A stretch of DNA of 64,000 nucleotides from Candidatus Omnitrophota bacterium (lineage in GTDB: Bacteria; Omnitrophota; JACPQZ01). Below the pieces are notes generated by a model that did no database searches, was not told where the DNA came from, and saw only the letters and a program-made list of their open reading frames with translations. Below, piece by piece: positions 14,051 through 23,103 of this stretch. The DNA lies in NCBI GenBank assembly GCA_016190205.1, contig JACPQZ010000048.1, positions 13,943 to 77,942 of the forward strand. Reading direction: 5' to 3'. Position 1 is the stretch's first letter. Each line of letters begins with the position of its first letter. A program made the translations under genes and the position numbers.

Positions 14051-14100
14051 TATCCTTCCTCTTCGATCGAGCCGCGTAAGTAGGTAAACCGTACTCGTTG
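14051..14100 (+). repeat. 50-bp direct repeat, copy 2 (hicB 3'-end remnant SFLFDRAA*)
   Basis: 42/50 identical to 11399-11448. Confidence 0.85.
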
Positions 14101-14126
14101 CATTTTTTTCGTTTTTGATGTAAAAT
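14098..14126 (+). promoter_or_regulatory. Probable tRNA-fMet promoter
   Basis: TTGCAT 14098-14103, 17 nt, TAAAAT 14121-14126. Confidence 0.6.
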
Positions 14127-14138
14127 GAAACAAATGAT

Positions 14139-14436
14139 CGCGGGGTAGAGCAGCTCGGTAGCTCGTTGGGCTCAAGTCGTGGGCTGCCTAAGCGGTAACG
14201 TTTAGGTGATACCTGTCAAAGTCGGTGAAGCCTCTCCAGATGTTGATCTGGGTGGTAATACCGAACCAAGTCCGCCGTACTATTGGCGGAAAGGCGTAGA
14301 GACTTGATGGCAGGCACCCTCCGGTTCGTGCCGAGGGTGAAGGGAAAGTCCAGACCACACACCGTGTAAGCGGCCGGCGAAAGCCGGAGTGGTACGCATA
14401 ACCCAAAGGTCGTGGGTTCAAATCCCACCCCCGCTA
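14139..14436 (+). tRNA. Initiator tRNA-fMet(CAT); exons 14139-14172 and 14397-14436; CCA not encoded
   Basis: Joined exons give CGCGGGG...TTGGGCT|CATAACCCAA...GTGGGTTCAAATCCCACCCCCGCTA, with a C1:72 mismatch and three G:C pairs in the anticodon stem. Confidence 0.95.
14173..14396 (+). ncRNA. Group I intron (IC3-like, 224 nt) in the tRNA-fMet anticodon loop
   Basis: Inserted after U33 and ends in G; P1 with U.G wobble, P2, P3 14212-14218/14308-14314, P4, P7 GAGACT 14299-14304/AGTCC 14347-14351, P8, and a GAAA-capped P9 hairpin. Confidence 0.93.
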
Positions 14437-14524
14437 GAACTTATAAAATAGAGGGAAAAGTTATATAATAGGGGGTTACGGAGCACATTCCGTAGCCCTT
14501 TGGTTTTTTAATGGAAAGGAGATT

Positions 14525-15262
14525 ATGATGCGTACTGCCAATCCTGCACTCAATGCCAATACGTTCGCCCATGTCCCCGCCGCAGCGTCCGGACAAGCCA
14601 TGACCATCCAAGGAACGGTCAACCGCTCATTTATCCTTTTGGCCATACTGGTGGTAACCGCCAATTGGGTCTGGGGGCGCGTAAGTGCCGGGATGGTGCC
14701 GCAGGGGCTTATCCTGGTAGGCGCCCTGGGCGGGTTTGTCGTAGCCCTCGTGACCGTTTTTAAGAAAGACTGGGCCACCGTCACTGCCCCTCTCTATGCG
14801 GCGCTTGAGGGTTTATTTGTAGGCGGCATTTCGGCCGTCTTTGAAGGGATGTACCCCGGCATTGTGATTCAGGCGGTGGGGCTCACCTTTGGAACCCTGG
14901 GTGCTCTCCTATTGGCTTACACGTCACGTTTGATCCCTGTGACGCAGAATTTCCGCTTAGGGATTGTGGCGGCGACGGGGGGGATCTGCCTTTTCTACAT
15001 TGTGGCATGGATTATGAGCTTCTTCGGAGTACAGATGCCACTTCTACACGACAGCGGGCCTCTGGGGATTGGCTTGAGTGTCGTTATCGTCGTGATCGCG
15101 GCCCTAAACCTCGTACTCGATTTCGACTTTATTGAGCACGCCTCCGAGCGCGGGCTTCCGAAATACATGGAGTGGTACGCGGCGTTCGGGCTCATGGTGA
15201 CCCTCATCTGGCTTTATATAGAGATATTGCGGCTTTTGTCCAAGGTGAGGAGCCGGCGGTGA
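14525..15262 (+). CDS. Bax inhibitor-1/YccA family membrane protein
   Basis: About 7 TM helices; YAALEG, NLVLDFDFIE, LIWLYIEILRLL. Confidence 0.92.
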   Translation: MMRTANPALNANTFAHVPAAASGQAMTIQGTVNRSFILLAILVVTANWVWGRVSAGMVPQGLILVGALGGFVVALVTVFKKDWATVTAPLYAALEGLFVGGISAVFEGMYPGIVIQAVGLTFGTLGALLLAYTSRLIPVTQNFRLGIVAATGGICLFYIVAWIMSFFGVQMPLLHDSGPLGIGLSVVIVVIAALNLVLDFDFIEHASERGLPKYMEWYAAFGLMVTLIWLYIEILRLLSKVRSRR

Positions 15263-15282
15263 ACTTCGTCAAGTTACTTCGT

Positions 15283-15313
15283 TCGTGAATCGTGGATCGT
15301 GAATCGTGAATCG
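15283..15313. repeat. Heptamer tandem repeat (TCGTGAA)x4
   Basis: Read directly; overlaps the predicted bcp start. Confidence 0.88.
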
Positions 15314-15776
15314 CAAAGAAAATAAACCAGGAGTGGGTGATAAGGCGCCGGAGTTTAAGCTGGCTTCAACATCCGGCAGGATGGTGAGCCTTTCCGATTA
15401 TAAGGATAAGGCCGTGATCCTCTATTTCTATCCCAAAGACTTTACTCCGGGCTGTACGCAGGAGGCGTGCGACTTTCGGGATGGCCATGCTGCCCTGAAG
15501 AAAAAGGGGGCCATCGTTTTGGGCGTAAGCCCCGACCCAGTTGAAAAGCATCAAGAGTTTGTGAAGGAATACCAACTGCCGTTTGAATTGCTCTCCGACC
15601 CCGACCACACGGCGGCCAAGAATTTCGGTGTGTACGGCCAAAAGACCCTCTACGGCCGTACGTTCATGGGGGTTCAGCGCTCCACGTTTTGTATCGATCC
15701 CGAAGGAAAGGTCAAGGCCGTCTTTCCAAAAGTGAAGGTGGACGGACATGTCCAAGAGGTCCTCGACTGTCTATGA
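15306..15776 (+). CDS. bcp: Peroxiredoxin BCP/PrxQ
   Basis: YFYPKDFTPGCTQEACDF. Confidence 0.93.
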   Translation: MNRKENKPGVGDKAPEFKLASTSGRMVSLSDYKDKAVILYFYPKDFTPGCTQEACDFRDGHAALKKKGAIVLGVSPDPVEKHQEFVKEYQLPFELLSDPDHTAAKNFGVYGQKTLYGRTFMGVQRSTFCIDPEGKVKAVFPKVKVDGHVQEVLDCL

Positions 15777-16965
15777 CGTGGGCGTGGTGGGGGGCGGGAT
15801 TATCGGTCTCGCCGCCGCTTATGTGCTTCTCAAGAGGCGCCCGGGACTAAAGCTCGTTCTTTTTGAAAAGGAAGCGAGGTTTGCCCAGCACCAGACGGGC
15901 CATAACAGCGGGGTGATCCACTCCGGGATTTATTATAAACCCAGCTCGCTCAAGGCCCGGCTTGCGGTTCGGGGGGGAGCGCTCCTCACAGACTTTTGCG
16001 ACCGCCATGGGATCCGTTACGTGCGCTGCGGCAAGGTTATTGTGGCGCGCGAGCCCCGGGAGGTCTCCTACCTCAAGGACCTCCACGAGCGCGCTGGTCA
16101 GAACGCCATTCCCGATGTCTCCTTGATCAGCGCGGAGCGGCTCAAGGCGGTCGAGCCCGCTGTGCAGGGGATTATGGCGCTCTACCTGCCGCAGGTCGCC
16201 ATTGTAGATTTCCGGGAGGTCGCGGCGGGACTCGCCCGGGAGATCGCGCGCGACGGGGGCGAGATCCTTGTGGGGGCGCGCCTGACGGGGCTTGGAAAAG
16301 GGGCCGCCTGGGTTTTTAAGACGGCGCGCGGCGAATATGAGGCGCGGTCATTGTTAAACTGTAGCGGTCTCCACGTGGACCGCATCGCCCGCATGGCGGG
16401 CGCAGACCCAAAGGCGCGCATCGTCCCTTTTCGTGGCGAATATTTTGTGCTGCCTCCAAACCGGGCCTCACTCGTCAACGGGCTCGTTTACCCTGTACCG
16501 GATCCAGAGCTTCCCTTTCTGGGCGTGCACTTTACCAAGACCCTGGACGGCGGCGTGCACGTGGGGCCGAACGCGGTCCTCTCCTTAAAGAGGGAGGGCT
16601 ATAGCCGGGCGAGTTTTTCCCTCCGGGATACCGTTGAGCTTTTGAGTTACCGCGGTTTCTGGAAGATGGCGGCGCGGCACTGGGAGACAGGCCGAAACGA
16701 GCTCACTCGCTCAATATGGAAGGGAAAGTTCCTAGAAGAGGCGCGCCGGCTGGTCCCGTCTCTAGAGCCCGGCGATCTTATCCCGGCGCCCGCCGGCGTT
16801 CGGGCACAGGCCGTAAACCGGGAGGGGGGGCTCGAGCAGGATTTCATTCTCGAAGAAGGGCGCAATAGCCTCCACGTCTTAAACGCCCCGTCTCCGGCTG
16901 CGACTGCGTCCCTTGCCATCGGGGAGTACATCGCGGACCATTTTGGGGGAAACTATGATAGATAG
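15748..16965 (+). CDS. lhgO: L-2-hydroxyglutarate oxidase
   Basis: GGGIIG, HQTGHNSGVIHSGIYY, PFLGVH, NAPSPAAT. Confidence 0.93.
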   Translation: MSKRSSTVYDVGVVGGGIIGLAAAYVLLKRRPGLKLVLFEKEARFAQHQTGHNSGVIHSGIYYKPSSLKARLAVRGGALLTDFCDRHGIRYVRCGKVIVAREPREVSYLKDLHERAGQNAIPDVSLISAERLKAVEPAVQGIMALYLPQVAIVDFREVAAGLAREIARDGGEILVGARLTGLGKGAAWVFKTARGEYEARSLLNCSGLHVDRIARMAGADPKARIVPFRGEYFVLPPNRASLVNGLVYPVPDPELPFLGVHFTKTLDGGVHVGPNAVLSLKREGYSRASFSLRDTVELLSYRGFWKMAARHWETGRNELTRSIWKGKFLEEARRLVPSLEPGDLIPAPAGVRAQAVNREGGLEQDFILEEGRNSLHVLNAPSPAATASLAIGEYIADHFGGNYDR

Positions 16966-17084
16966 AAACCAGAGACCAGTAACCAGTTACCAGATAGATT
17001 CCAGAAACCAGATACCAGAAAGTTGCCATGCGAGCTGGTCTCTGGTATCTGGTCTCTTCTGGTTTCTGGTAACTGGTATCTGGT
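16964..17084. repeat. Inverted pair of heptamer arrays (ACCAGwn left arm, complementary CTGGT right arm)
   Basis: Left arm 16964-17020, right arm 17035-17084; arms near-identical to those at 53012-53254. Confidence 0.9.
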
Positions 17085-17120
17085 TACTTATTCAAAGTCA
17101 GGAATCTAGGCGGTGAGAGC

Positions 17121-17321
17121 ATGCCATACGTCAATATCAAAATCGCCAAGGGAAACGTAACGCAAGACCAGAAGGCCCGCCTCATTCAGGGCGCCACCCG
17201 GCTTTTGAAGGACGTTCTGGATAAGGATCCCAAGTCAACTTATGTTGTTATAGATGAGGTAGATACGGATAATTGGGGGGTAGGTGGAGATAGTTTGACG
17301 GCCATTCGCAGCAGGCGCTAA
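17121..17321 (+). CDS. 4-oxalocrotonate tautomerase family protein
   Basis: Pro-1 after Met, 66 aa, VVIDEVDTDNWGVGG. Confidence 0.92.
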   Translation: MPYVNIKIAKGNVTQDQKARLIQGATRLLKDVLDKDPKSTYVVIDEVDTDNWGVGGDSLTAIRSRR

Positions 17322-17391
17322 TTTTATGGTACAATTAATTCTTAGTCATTAAACTAAGTGATAATAGGTAAAAGTTAAAGGAGGAAAGGTC

Positions 17392-18597
17392 ATGAGATAC
17401 CAAGCCATTCTTTTGAGTTTCATCTTCTTTGTGGCATTTGGGGTTGCGTCGGCAGGGGCCCAGGATTTACCCGAGGTCGCTGTGGAGCGCTCCGAAGCCC
17501 TCTGCGGGACGGACCCAAATCTAGGGCACATCCTGAAGGAGGTCCACCGGGCGATCGGCGAGCACCGTTTGCAGACGACCGGTTCGGCCGAAATCGTTGT
17601 GTCGGGTACCCTGAATGTGGATATCGGGGATATTGCGGTCTTGGAAGATCGGGGAGACCTTGTGACCTCCGTACTTTTTGTGGGAAGGGGAAAACCGAGG
17701 CCCGGGTATGTAACCGATACGACCGAGATCGTACAGCGTTTTTACAGCACCCACTCCGATAGCTACGATACGGTTATCATCTTTGTCGGCTCCACTTTTT
17801 CAGCCCAGGTGGAACCTGAAAGCGGATTTGCCTTTTCCCAGGGAGTGCGAAACGATGTCCTGGGGATCGGTCTCCCGATTTATAATGACACGGCCCTCTT
17901 TGGGCTTTCCACCGCCCAACTTAAAAACTTCGTCAACATGAATGATTTGGGTGAATACACAGGACCCACGTCGAATGTGTCAGCCGGCTCCAGCAATATC
18001 ACAGGGGTCGAAATCTTAGGGCAGGAGGTCGAGCACCGTTGGGGGGCTTTTGTGAACACAAGTGTCGCCGATATCTTGGGCCGCGGCGATGCGCATTGGA
18101 GCTTCTTCCTGAATAGCGATGACGATCCGACCACGGGTCCAGGAGCCTCGGTAATGGAAGGAAATGGCTGGGTGGATAATGGAGACGGTAGTTTTACCAC
18201 CACCCGTCCCTTTGACAGCTTTTTTGAGTTGGATGAGTACATCATGGGCCTGCGAGGGGCTGCTGGAGTTGGCCCCATGCTCTTTGTGAAGCAGGCAAAG
18301 GGTAAGAAGGGGGGAGTGGGTGAATCCAATCTTCCAGCAGAGGGGGTTACCGTCACGGGCACCGCTCGTACCGTCACCATTGGGGACGTGATCGCGGCCA
18401 ATGGCGCGCGCATTCCGGAGTTTGACAATCCCGTCTCGAATCTTGCGTTCATTTTAGTGGTCCCCGATGATGGGAGCGCTTCAACAGTAACTGCTCCCGA
18501 CACGGATCTTACCGAGACCAACCAGTTCCGAACGGAGTTTGAGGCATTCTACTCGACACAAACGGACGGACTGGGATCGGTCACAACCAATCTTTAG
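17392..18597 (+). CDS. Secreted zincin-like protein with variant QExxH motif
   Basis: Signal peptide; ILGQEVEHRWG...AHW...SVMEG...LDEYIMG resembles a metallopeptidase core. Confidence 0.6.
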   Translation: MRYQAILLSFIFFVAFGVASAGAQDLPEVAVERSEALCGTDPNLGHILKEVHRAIGEHRLQTTGSAEIVVSGTLNVDIGDIAVLEDRGDLVTSVLFVGRGKPRPGYVTDTTEIVQRFYSTHSDSYDTVIIFVGSTFSAQVEPESGFAFSQGVRNDVLGIGLPIYNDTALFGLSTAQLKNFVNMNDLGEYTGPTSNVSAGSSNITGVEILGQEVEHRWGAFVNTSVADILGRGDAHWSFFLNSDDDPTTGPGASVMEGNGWVDNGDGSFTTTRPFDSFFELDEYIMGLRGAAGVGPMLFVKQAKGKKGGVGESNLPAEGVTVTGTARTVTIGDVIAANGARIPEFDNPVSNLAFILVVPDDGSASTVTAPDTDLTETNQFRTEFEAFYSTQTDGLGSVTTNL

Positions 18598-18645
18598 GGC
18601 GGGCCGAAACAGGACTTCACCCAACTGCTTTTTGACGAATCGGTC

Positions 18646-19401
18646 ATGAAATTTGTCTCCTGGAATGTAAACGGCATCCGCTCGATTCTCACGAAGGGAT
18701 TTCTCACTTTCGTCAGGGAATCCGACCCGGATGTCCTATGTGTCCAGGAAACCAGGGCTGTCGAGGACGAGGCGGGTCTAAAGCTCGAGGGTTACCATGC
18801 CTTTTGGAACCCGGCGCAGAAAAAGGGTTATGCCGGCACGGCCGTTTTTTCGAAGGTAAAACCCCTGGCCGTGACCCGTGGTTTAGGTGTACTCGAGCAC
18901 GACGGCGAGGGGCGGGTTATCACCCTGGAGTTTAAAGATTTTTTCCTCGTCAACGTATACACCCCGAATTCCCAGAGGGGGCTCACACGCCTCAAGTACC
19001 GGACCGGGGAATGGGACGTGGATTTTTTGAAATATGTGAAGACCCTCGAGCGAAAAAAGCCCGTGGTCTTTTGCGGCGATCTCAACGTGGCGCACAAGGA
19101 GATTGACCTCGCGCGCCCCAAGGACAACCGCCGGAACGCGGGGTTTACTGATGAGGAGCGGGCAAGTTTCGACGCCATCGTTCGGAGCGGTTTCCTGGAT
19201 GCCTTCCGGGAGTTTGAAAAAGGCGGCGGCCATTATACCTGGTGGAGCTATATGAACGGGGCCCGAGAAAGGAACATCGGGTGGCGCATCGATTATTTTT
19301 TAATCTCTCCCGCCCTAAAGCACCGACTGAGAAGCTCCGCGATCCATCCCGAAGTGGGGGGATCCGATCACTGCCCGGTCGCCATGGTGATGGGCTCGTG
19401 A
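18646..19401 (+). CDS. xth: Exodeoxyribonuclease III
   Basis: SWNVNGIR, GDLNVAH, GWRIDYF, GSDHCP. Confidence 0.96.
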   Translation: MKFVSWNVNGIRSILTKGFLTFVRESDPDVLCVQETRAVEDEAGLKLEGYHAFWNPAQKKGYAGTAVFSKVKPLAVTRGLGVLEHDGEGRVITLEFKDFFLVNVYTPNSQRGLTRLKYRTGEWDVDFLKYVKTLERKKPVVFCGDLNVAHKEIDLARPKDNRRNAGFTDEERASFDAIVRSGFLDAFREFEKGGGHYTWWSYMNGARERNIGWRIDYFLISPALKHRLRSSAIHPEVGGSDHCPVAMVMGS

Positions 19402-19928
19402 CCGAGATCGAAGTCAAGATCCTCGAGATAGACCGAAGGCCCATCGAGAAGAAACTCATCGAATGGGGCGCCCGGAAGCAATTCGACGGGCGTCTCCGCA
19501 ATCTCTTTTTCGACTTTGCCGATGGCTCCGTGCGAAAAGACAAGGGTGTGATTCGTCTCCGGACCAAGGGCGAGCGTACCGTCTTCGCCTTTAAAAAAAT
19601 CCTGGGTCAAAAGAAAGCCAAGGTTTGCAAAGAAATCGAGGTGGAGGTCTCTGATTTTAAGGCCATGCAGGAGATCCTAGCCGGCATGGGGCTTAAAGCC
19701 TGGTCTAATATGTTGAAACACCGCACCTCCTACCGCCTCCCTCACGCCCAGTTTGAATTCGATCGCTACCTCGGTCAATATTCCCATATCCCGGAATTCC
19801 TTGAAATCGAAGCCGAGAATGAAGCCCTCATCTGGAACTACGCCCGGCGGCTTGGGTTTCGGAAGGAGCAGATCCTCCCCTGGTCCACGTTTGAGCTCGT
19901 CAAACACTATGCCAAGTTAGGACGATGA
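19398..19928 (+). CDS. CYTH domain protein (class IV adenylate cyclase-like)
   Basis: EIEVK, IRLR, KHRTSY, FLEIE; GTG start overlaps the xth stop. Confidence 0.88.
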   Translation: MTEIEVKILEIDRRPIEKKLIEWGARKQFDGRLRNLFFDFADGSVRKDKGVIRLRTKGERTVFAFKKILGQKKAKVCKEIEVEVSDFKAMQEILAGMGLKAWSNMLKHRTSYRLPHAQFEFDRYLGQYSHIPEFLEIEAENEALIWNYARRLGFRKEQILPWSTFELVKHYAKLGR

Positions 19929-19999
19929 ACGTAGTATACATGTACTGCAAGGACTCCCACCAATAAGTATCGTAACATATTCCAATGCATATAGTTATA

Positions 20000-20032
20000 A
20001 AACTGGATTATTTTAGTCCGATTTGATATAAT
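20000..20032 (+). promoter_or_regulatory. Putative Rrf2/IscR-type operator and extended -10 of the suf operon
   Basis: Imperfect inverted repeat AAACTGGATTA-TTT-TAGTCCGATTT 20000-20024; TGnTATAAT 20024-20032. Confidence 0.6.
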
Positions 20033-20038
20033 TAATGT

Positions 20039-20081
20039 GCAGACACCCTTGTGTGTCTGGCAGACACACAAGGGTGTCTGC
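20039..20081. repeat. Perfect 21-bp inverted repeat (CAGACAC/GTGTCTG type)
   Basis: GCAGACACCCTTGTGTGTCTG-G-CAGACACACAAGGGTGTCTGC; half copy at 49471-49491. Confidence 0.88.
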
Positions 20082-20094
20082 GCCGAGGCAAGCT

Positions 20095-20538
20095 ATGCGC
20101 TTTACGACTAAGACGGAATATGGGTTGGTATGCCTGGTCTATTTGGCCAAACGGCCCTTGGGTCAGATGGTCACGGTACGGGATGTGGCCAGTGACGAGC
20201 ACTATTCCCCTGCCTTTGCTGAAAAGATTTTTCAGAGGCTCCGCTCAGCCAAGATCGTGACCTCGCATCAGGGTAAGCAGGGAGGATATACGCTCGCGCG
20301 GCCTCCCGCAGAGATTACGTTAAGGGAAATAATAGAGGCCCTGGATGGCGAGACGTTTAAAGTTTTTTGTGAGCCACGCACCAGGGAAACGATTGTCTGC
20401 ACGCACTTTTCCACGGATATGTGTCTCGTAAGTCCCGTATGGATGAGAACGAAAGAGGTCCTGGACCACTTTTTCGGTTCGATCTCTTTGGAGATGCTGG
20501 CAAATGGAAAATACGGATCCGATCGCGCTTCGGCCTGA
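20095..20538 (+). CDS. Rrf2 family (IscR-like) transcriptional regulator
   Basis: TTKTEYGL, GKQGGYTLARPPAEITL, three C-terminal Cys. Confidence 0.92.
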   Translation: MRFTTKTEYGLVCLVYLAKRPLGQMVTVRDVASDEHYSPAFAEKIFQRLRSAKIVTSHQGKQGGYTLARPPAEITLREIIEALDGETFKVFCEPRTRETIVCTHFSTDMCLVSPVWMRTKEVLDHFFGSISLEMLANGKYGSDRASA

Positions 20539-21670
20539 ACGGGCGGACGCGAGCCCCCGCCCCGAGGCCCAGATTAGGTTTGTCATCCCCGTGGCGAGCG
20601 GGAAGTGCGGGGTAGGGAAATCCACTGTGAGTGCCAACCTGGCCTTCGCCCTGGCCAAAAGGGGGTTCCGTGTGGGGCTTATGGATGCAGATGTGTACGG
20701 TCCCAGCATCCCGACCCTCATGGGGACAGAGGGTCAGCCCACAAAGGCTGAAAGCGGTAAGATCCGGCCTCTTACGCGGGGGCCGATCAAGATCATTTCG
20801 ACAGCCTTTTTTATTCCGAGGGGCGAGGCGGTCATCTGGCGCGGCCCCATGCTTCATAAAATGATCGGCGATTTTTTGAACCAGGTGGATTGGGGAAGCC
20901 TGGATTATTTGATCACGGATCTCCCCCCGGGAACTGGAGACGTGCAAATCAGCCTTTGTCAGAAGATCCGTTTGACCGGGGCCGTTATTGTATCGACCCC
21001 GCAGGACCTCGCCTTTCATGTCGCCGAAAAAGCGATTTCGATGTTTAAAAAACTCCAGACCCCGATACTCGGAATCATAGAAAACATGAGCGGCTATGCG
21101 TGCTCGCACTGCGGCCATGTGGAAGAAATATTCGGCCGGGGCGGCGCCAGAAAGCATGCTGAAGAGGCTGGGATCGAGTTTTTGGGCGAGATACCGCTTT
21201 CTACGGACATTCGTATCACCTCGGATTCAGGCAAACCTATTGTCGAGGAGAAGCCGGATTCCACAGCGGCCAAGGCATTCTTTGCAATTGCCGACAGGCT
21301 CGTGGCGGCCGTGGAAGCCCGGGAGCAAGCCGGCGGCCAAGGTGCGGGGCCGGGACTTAAGGCGGTCACCCAGCCCGCTAAGGCAGAAATCAGGATGGAA
21401 TGGACCGACGGACACGTGAGCCTGTTTAAGGCCTATGACCTGCGCCTCGCCTGTCCCTGCGCCGCGTGCGTGGATGAACGGACGGGCGAGATGAGGATAA
21501 ATCCTGCCCAGATCTCAAAGGAGGTCTACCCTGTGAAGTTTGAGCGGGTGGGGAGCTATGGCCTGGGCTTCCGCTGGAGCGACGGCCATTCTACGGGAAT
21601 CTACACCCATGCCCGGCTGCGCGCGCTGTGTTCGTGCGCAGACTGTCAAAAGAGAAGGATGTCGAAATGA
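20504..21670 (+). CDS. Mrp/ApbC Fe-S carrier ATPase fused to a C-terminal DUF971/GBBH-N-like domain
   Basis: [28 protein letters not shown]..CxxC; then [10 protein letters not shown]...[10 protein letters not shown]. Confidence 0.9.
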   Translation: MENTDPIALRPERADASPRPEAQIRFVIPVASGKCGVGKSTVSANLAFALAKRGFRVGLMDADVYGPSIPTLMGTEGQPTKAESGKIRPLTRGPIKIISTAFFIPRGEAVIWRGPMLHKMIGDFLNQVDWGSLDYLITDLPPGTGDVQISLCQKIRLTGAVIVSTPQDLAFHVAEKAISMFKKLQTPILGIIENMSGYACSHCGHVEEIFGRGGARKHAEEAGIEFLGEIPLSTDIRITSDSGKPIVEEKPDSTAAKAFFAIADRLVAAVEAREQAGGQGAGPGLKAVTQPAKAEIRMEWTDGHVSLFKAYDLRLACPCAACVDERTGEMRINPAQISKEVYPVKFERVGSYGLGFRWSDGHSTGIYTHARLRALCSCADCQKRRMSK

Positions 21671-23103
21671 AGCCGGTAGAGCGTCTCGTCAACCAGGAGT
21701 ATCAGTACGGGTTCGTTACGAACGTCGAGGCGGAGACTGCGCCCCGGGGCTTAAGCGAAGATATCATCCGTTTTATTTCCGACAAAAAGCACGAACCCTC
21801 CTTCATGCTCGAATGGCGCTTGAGGGCCTACCGGCAGTGGCTCAAGATGAGCGAGCCCGCCTGGCCGAACGTGCTTTATCCCAAGATCGATTATAAGGAC
21901 ATTATTTATTATTCCGCTCCTAAGAAGAGATCGGATGGCCCTAAGAGCTTGGAGGAGGTGGATCAGGAGATACTGGCCACCTACGAGAAGTTAGGCATTC
22001 CGCTCGAGGAGCAGAAGCGACTGGCGGGCGTTGCGGTGGACGCGGTCTTTGACAGCGTATCCGTGGCGACTACTTTTAAGGAAACGCTCGCGAAGGCAGG
22101 AGTCATCTTTTGCTCGTTCAGCGAGGCGGTGGAAAAACACCCGGATTTGGTCAAGAAATACTTGGGTACGGTTGTCCCCCACACGGATAATTTTTATGCC
22201 TCCTTAAATTCCGCCGTCTTTAGCGACGGGTCGTTTGTGTACGTTCCCAACGGCGTGCGCTGTCCGATGGAGCTCTCCACGTATTTTAGGATCAATGCGG
22301 CCGACACGGGCCAGTTTGAGCGCACCCTTATCATTGCCGATGAGGGTGCCTACGTGAGCTACCTGGAGGGTTGCACAGCCCCCTTGCGCGATAAGAATCA
22401 GCTGCATGCCGCGGTGGTCGAGCTCGTGGCGCTCGAGGGCGCGGAGATCAAGTATTCCACCGTGCAGAACTGGTATCCGGGGGATAAGGAAGGAAAGGGC
22501 GGCATCTATAATTTCGTAACCAAGCGCGGCAAGTGCGCGGGCGCCAGTTCAAAGATCAGCTGGACGCAGGTCGAGACGGGCTCGGCCATTACCTGGAAAT
22601 ACCCGAGCGTGATCCTACAGGGCGATAACTCCGTGGGGGAATTTTACTCGGCGGCCTTGACCAATAACTATCAGCAGGCGGATACCGGCACCAAGATGAT
22701 CCACATCGGGAAGAATACGCGCAGTACCATCATTTCCAAGGGGATCGCGGCCGGGCACGGGCGCAACACGTACCGGGGGCTCGTCAAGGTCATGCCGGGT
22801 GCCACGGGGGCCCGCAACTACACGCAGTGCGATTCGCTCCTGATGGGTTCCCGGGCGAGCGCCAACACCTTTCCTTACATTGAAGTCAAGAACCGGACGG
22901 CGCAGGTCGAGCACGAGGCGACCACGTCCAAGATTGGGGAGGATCAGCTTTTCTACTGCATGGCCCGCGGCCTCTCGGGCGAGGACGCCGTGTCCATGAT
23001 CGTGAACGGTTTTTGCAAGGAGGTATTTGGGCATCTGCCCATGGAATTTGCGGTGGAGGCTACGAAACTTTTGAACGTGAGTTTGGAGGGAAGCGTCGGA
23101 TAA
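21667..23103 (+). CDS. sufB: Fe-S cluster assembly protein SufB
   Basis: [34 protein letters not shown]. Confidence 0.98.
   Translation: MKPVERLVNQEYQYGFVTNVEAETAPRGLSEDIIRFISDKKHEPSFMLEWRLRAYRQWLKMSEPAWPNVLYPKIDYKDIIYYSAPKKRSDGPKSLEEVDQEILATYEKLGIPLEEQKRLAGVAVDAVFDSVSVATTFKETLAKAGVIFCSFSEAVEKHPDLVKKYLGTVVPHTDNFYASLNSAVFSDGSFVYVPNGVRCPMELSTYFRINAADTGQFERTLIIADEGAYVSYLEGCTAPLRDKNQLHAAVVELVALEGAEIKYSTVQNWYPGDKEGKGGIYNFVTKRGKCAGASSKISWTQVETGSAITWKYPSVILQGDNSVGEFYSAALTNNYQQADTGTKMIHIGKNTRSTIISKGIAAGHGRNTYRGLVKVMPGATGARNYTQCDSLLMGSRASANTFPYIEVKNRTAQVEHEATTSKIGEDQLFYCMARGLSGEDAVSMIVNGFCKEVFGHLPMEFAVEATKLLNVSLEGSVG

Noticed and set aside
14188-14428. Minus-strand ORFs as an intron homing endonuclease
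   Set aside because: Too short, antisense to the tRNA and intron core, no nuclease motif
16964-17084. Repeat arrays here and elsewhere as CRISPR
   Set aside because: 7-nt tandem units without unique spacers; no cas genes
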